Below, in pieces: positions 60,704 through 64,000 of a stretch of 64,000 bases of DNA. The notes under the pieces were generated by a model. That model saw only the letters and a program-made list of their open reading frames with translations. It had not been told where the DNA came from and searched no databases. The DNA comes from an uncultured Microbacter sp. GTDB lineage: Bacteria > Bacteroidota > Bacteroidia > Bacteroidales > Paludibacteraceae. Position 1 is the stretch's first letter, and each line of letters starts with the position of its first letter. A program made the translations under genes and the position numbers. The stretch covers positions 87,344 through 151,343 of the forward strand of contig CAXXPB010000042.1 of assembly GCA_963678825.2 (NCBI GenBank), written 5' to 3'.

Positions 60704-62065
60704 ATGAATATGTTTGATTTAGCAATTATCGGTGGCGGCCCTGCAGGATATGTAGCCGCAGAACGTGCAGGCGCAAAAGGCCTGACAGTAGTACTGTTTG
60801 AAAAGAAAGATCTGGGTGGCGTATGCCTCAACGAAGGTTGCATTCCCACCAAGACTTTATTATATAGCGCAAAAACCTACGACAACGCCGTCCATGGCGA
60901 CAAGTACGGGGTGTTTGCCGAAAACGTCAGTTTCGACTTTGGCAAAATGATGGCCCGCAAAAATAAAGTGGTTCGCAAACTGGTTGCCGGTGTCGGCGCC
61001 AAAATGAAAGCACATCATGTAGAAGTTATCAAAGGCGAGGCTTTCATCAAAGGGCGTTCGGCTGAAGGAATTGAAATCACCAGCGGAGAAAACGCTTATT
61101 TGGCCAAAAATCTTTTGATATGTACCGGCTCCGAAGCATTTGTTCCTCCAATTCCCGGATTGAAAGAATCGGGCGACGTCATCCTGACCAACCGTGAAAT
61201 CCTCGCACTGAAAGAGCAACCGGCTTCGTTAGTTATCATTGGCGGAGGCGTTATCGGAATGGAGTTTGCCAGCTTCTTCAACAGCCTGGGCACCAAAGTA
61301 ACCGTTATTGAAATGCTGCCCGAAATATTGACCGGCATGGATACCGAAATGAGCGTCCTACTCCGCGAAATGTATGCCAAAAAGGGCATCGAATTCAACC
61401 TTTTAGCAAAAGTAACCGCCGTCAATGGTACCGAAGTAAGCTACGAAAAAGAGGGACAAACCTTCACCATCAGTGGCGATAAAATTCTGGTGAGCGTCGG
61501 TCGCCGTGCCGTAACACAGGGATTCGGTGTCGAAAATTTGGGTGTCGAACTTCTCAAGGGCGGCATCAAAGTGGACGAAAAGATGCGCACCAATATCCCG
61601 AATGTTTTTGCTGCAGGCGACGTGACGGGATTCTCTTTATTGGCACACACTGCCAGTCGCGAGGGCGAAGTGGTAGTGAACAATCTGACCGGAGGAAAAG
61701 ACGTGATGCGCTACAATGCCATTCCGGGCGTTGTCTACACCAATCCGGAAATATCGGGCGTCGGCCTTACCGAAGAGGCTGCCAAAGCAAAAAATATTGC
61801 CGTGAAAGTTGCCAAACTGCCGATGGCTTATGCCGGCCGTTTTGTTGCTGAAAACGAAGGTGGCAGCGGCCTGTGCAAAGTGATTGTCGGAGAAAAAAAC
61901 GGCGAAGTGCTTGGCGTTCATATGTTGGGCAACCCCTCCAGCGAAATGATTTACGGCGCCTGCATGGCCATCGAAGCCGAACTGACACTCAAAGAACTAA
62001 AAGAGGTGGTTTTCCCCCACCCGACGGTAAGTGAAATTTTCAAAGAAACCAGTTTTGAATTTTAA
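60704..62065 (+). CDS. lpdA: Dihydrolipoyl dehydrogenase (E3)
   Basis: GGGPAG, GGVCLNEGCIPTK, HPTVSE. Confidence 0.95.
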   Translation: MNMFDLAIIGGGPAGYVAAERAGAKGLTVVLFEKKDLGGVCLNEGCIPTKTLLYSAKTYDNAVHGDKYGVFAENVSFDFGKMMARKNKVVRKLVAGVGAKMKAHHVEVIKGEAFIKGRSAEGIEITSGENAYLAKNLLICTGSEAFVPPIPGLKESGDVILTNREILALKEQPASLVIIGGGVIGMEFASFFNSLGTKVTVIEMLPEILTGMDTEMSVLLREMYAKKGIEFNLLAKVTAVNGTEVSYEKEGQTFTISGDKILVSVGRRAVTQGFGVENLGVELLKGGIKVDEKMRTNIPNVFAAGDVTGFSLLAHTASREGEVVVNNLTGGKDVMRYNAIPGVVYTNPEISGVGLTEEAAKAKNIAVKVAKLPMAYAGRFVAENEGGSGLCKVIVGEKNGEVLGVHMLGNPSSEMIYGACMAIEAELTLKELKEVVFPHPTVSEIFKETSFEF

Positions 62066-62080
62066 CAACAAATTAACACA

Positions 62081-62107
62081 TAGAGACGTAGCATGCTACG
62101 TCTTTAC
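62081..62107. repeat. Single REP-like palindrome
   Basis: AGACGTAGCATGCTACGTCT perfect 20-bp palindrome. Confidence 0.7.
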
Positions 62108-62141
62108 AATCTAAGTTTCAAATTCTTAAAATAAAAATACC

Positions 62142-64000
62142 ATGCCTAAAAGTCTATTTGTCGATCCTGCACCTCTTTTTGAGGCAGGCGAAATTATCTT
62201 CAAACCCATTCCTGTTAACCAATATAACAAGACGATTCAGGACGAACTGAAAAGTAAAAATTTCTCAAAAGAAGATCTGTTGCATATCTATCACGATATG
62301 GCCATGATCCGTGAATTCGAGACCATGCTGAACCTGGTAAAAACAACCGGCGCTTACAGCGGCATTTCGTACAACAATCCCGGTCCGGCTCACCTTTCTG
62401 CGGGTCAGGAAGCAGCTGCTGTTGGTATGGCTTACACACTGACCATCGAAGACTTTATTTTCGGATCACACCGTAGCCATGGCGAAATTCTGGCCAAAGG
62501 GCTTCGTTCTATCCAACAATTAGACGACGCTGCGCTGACCAAAATCATGGAAGACTTCTTCGGTGGGACGGCTTACGGCATCGTGAAGAAAAATTTCAAC
62601 GGTTCGGCAAAAGATTTGGCAAAACGCTTCCTGCTTTACGGAATAATGGCCGAAATATTTGCCCGTGAAACCGGCTTCAACAAAGGCCTCGGCGGAAGTA
62701 TGCACGCGTTCTTCCTGCCTTTCGGTATCTATCCCAACAATGCCATCGTGGGTGGTAGCGGCGATATCGCCGTTGGCGCTGCGCTCTATAAAAAAGTGAA
62801 CCGTAAACCGGGTATCGTGGTGGCCAACATCGGTGATGCTTCCATGGCTTGCGGTCCGGTATGGGAAGGACTGATGTTTGCTGCCATGGATCAGTTCAAA
62901 CAGCTGTGGGGCGACGACATGAAAGGCGGTCTGCCGGTTGTCATCAACATTATGAACAACCAGTACGGCATGGGCGGTCAGACCCGCGGAGAAACCATGG
63001 GTTACGACTTTGCTGCCCGTATCGGCGCCGGCGTAAATCCCGAACAGATGCATGCCGAACGTGTAGACGGGTACAATCCGCTGGCCGTGATCGATGCTTA
63101 CCGTCGCAAACGCGAAATCCTCGACAACGAAAAAGGCGGTCCGGTATTGCTCGACGTGGTAACCTACCGTTATAGCGGCCACTCTCCTTCCGATGCTTCC
63201 TCTTATCGCTCAAAAGAAGAGATGGAGCTGTGGGAACAATATGACTGCATTGCTACTTTCGGCAAGAAGCTAATTGAATCCAAAGTGGCTTCGCAGGCCG
63301 ACCTGGATAAAATTCAGAATGAGATTAAAGAGAGCATGGTCGATGTGTTCAAACTAGCCATCGACGAAGAAATTTCTCCACGTATGGATTTGCACAAAAA
63401 TCCGGAATTACTGGGTGAAATGATTTTCTCCAACCAAACCGTGGATGCTTTCTCGGATACAACTCCCGAAGTGAACCATCCGTTGAGCGAAAATCCACGC
63501 ACCAAACAGATTGCCGGAAAAGTGCGTTACATCAAAGACAAAGAGGGCAATCCGGTATCGAAAATGAAACAGTACCAACTGCGCGACGGTCTGTTCGAAG
63601 CCATTGCCCACCGTTTCTACACCGACCCGACGTTGGTAGCTTATGGTGAAGAAAACCGCGACTGGGGTGGAGCTTTCGCCGTGTATCGCGGTTTGACAGA
63701 AGCACTTCCTTACCACCGTTTGTTCAACTCTCCGATTTCGGAAGCCTCAATTGTGGGCACTGCAATTGGTTACGCTATGTGCGGCGGTCGTGTGATTCCT
63801 GAAATTATGTACTGCGACTTCCTCGGGCGTTGCGGCGACGAAGTATTCAACCAGTTGCCCAAATGGCAGGCTATGAGCGGTAATATTCTAAAAATGCCGG
63901 TAGTAGTACGTGTTTCTGTCGGTTCGAAATATGGAGCACAACACTCACAGGATTGGACCTCTCTGGTGGCTCATATCCCCGGCTTGAAAGTTTGTTTCCC
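62142..64000 (+). CDS. Fused E1 alpha/beta 2-oxoacid (acetoin-type) dehydrogenase, 3' end outside window
   Basis: Manual translation MPKSLFVDP...HLSAGQEA..GSHRSHG..GDAS...NNQY (TPP motif) continuing to YGEENRDWGG..NSPISE; not in the ORF track. Confidence 0.88.
   Translation, partial: MPKSLFVDPAPLFEAGEIIFKPIPVNQYNKTIQDELKSKNFSKEDLLHIYHDMAMIREFETMLNLVKTTGAYSGISYNNPGPAHLSAGQEAAAVGMAYTLTIEDFIFGSHRSHGEILAKGLRSIQQLDDAALTKIMEDFFGGTAYGIVKKNFNGSAKDLAKRFLLYGIMAEIFARETGFNKGLGGSMHAFFLPFGIYPNNAIVGGSGDIAVGAALYKKVNRKPGIVVANIGDASMACGPVWEGLMFAAMDQFKQLWGDDMKGGLPVVINIMNNQYGMGGQTRGETMGYDFAARIGAGVNPEQMHAERVDGYNPLAVIDAYRRKREILDNEKGGPVLLDVVTYRYSGHSPSDASSYRSKEEMELWEQYDCIATFGKKLIESKVASQADLDKIQNEIKESMVDVFKLAIDEEISPRMDLHKNPELLGEMIFSNQTVDAFSDTTPEVNHPLSENPRTKQIAGKVRYIKDKEGNPVSKMKQYQLRDGLFEAIAHRFYTDPTLVAYGEENRDWGGAFAVYRGLTEALPYHRLFNSPISEASIVGTAIGYAMCGGRVIPEIMYCDFLGRCGDEVFNQLPKWQAMSGNILKMPVVVRVSVGSKYGAQHSQDWTSLVAHIPGLKVCF

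Overview
Bacteroidales chromosome segment (TAnnTTTG -7 promoters; gene content resembles an anaerobic Paludibacter-like organism, but the genus is a guess). Housekeeping and metabolic blocks: pepD, a GT2, lysC-lysA, patB-glutaredoxin, manC, an S9 peptidase, a K+ cluster (CPA2 antiporter, LytS/LytTR pair, kdpAB-META-porin-kdpCDE), MATE, speA, fabD, two CBM9-like paralogs, tatC, a T9SS plug-like protein, uxaC-kdgK-eda-exuT, and a GntR-linked 2-oxoacid dehydrogenase operon with a fused E1 running off the window. Two AT-rich accessory patches (about 10.9-19.4 kb and 44.8-46.8 kb) carry single genes bounded by attC-like sites: a GTT-start before the gene, a cognate inverse core just after the stop, and hairpins that pair better on the bottom strand. 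They look like integrase-less, decaying gene-cassette arrays holding an HNH-like gene, a catalytically degenerate Mu/rve transposase-fold gene, a Fic gene and a HEPN gene. Intergenic DNA is full of nested palindromic non-autonomous elements and strand-polarised 7/8-mer arrays, one pair of which brackets a four-helix-bundle gene inside the kdgK-eda operon. No rRNA, tRNA, CRISPR array, integrase or intact transposase was seen. All calls are by eye, without database searches.
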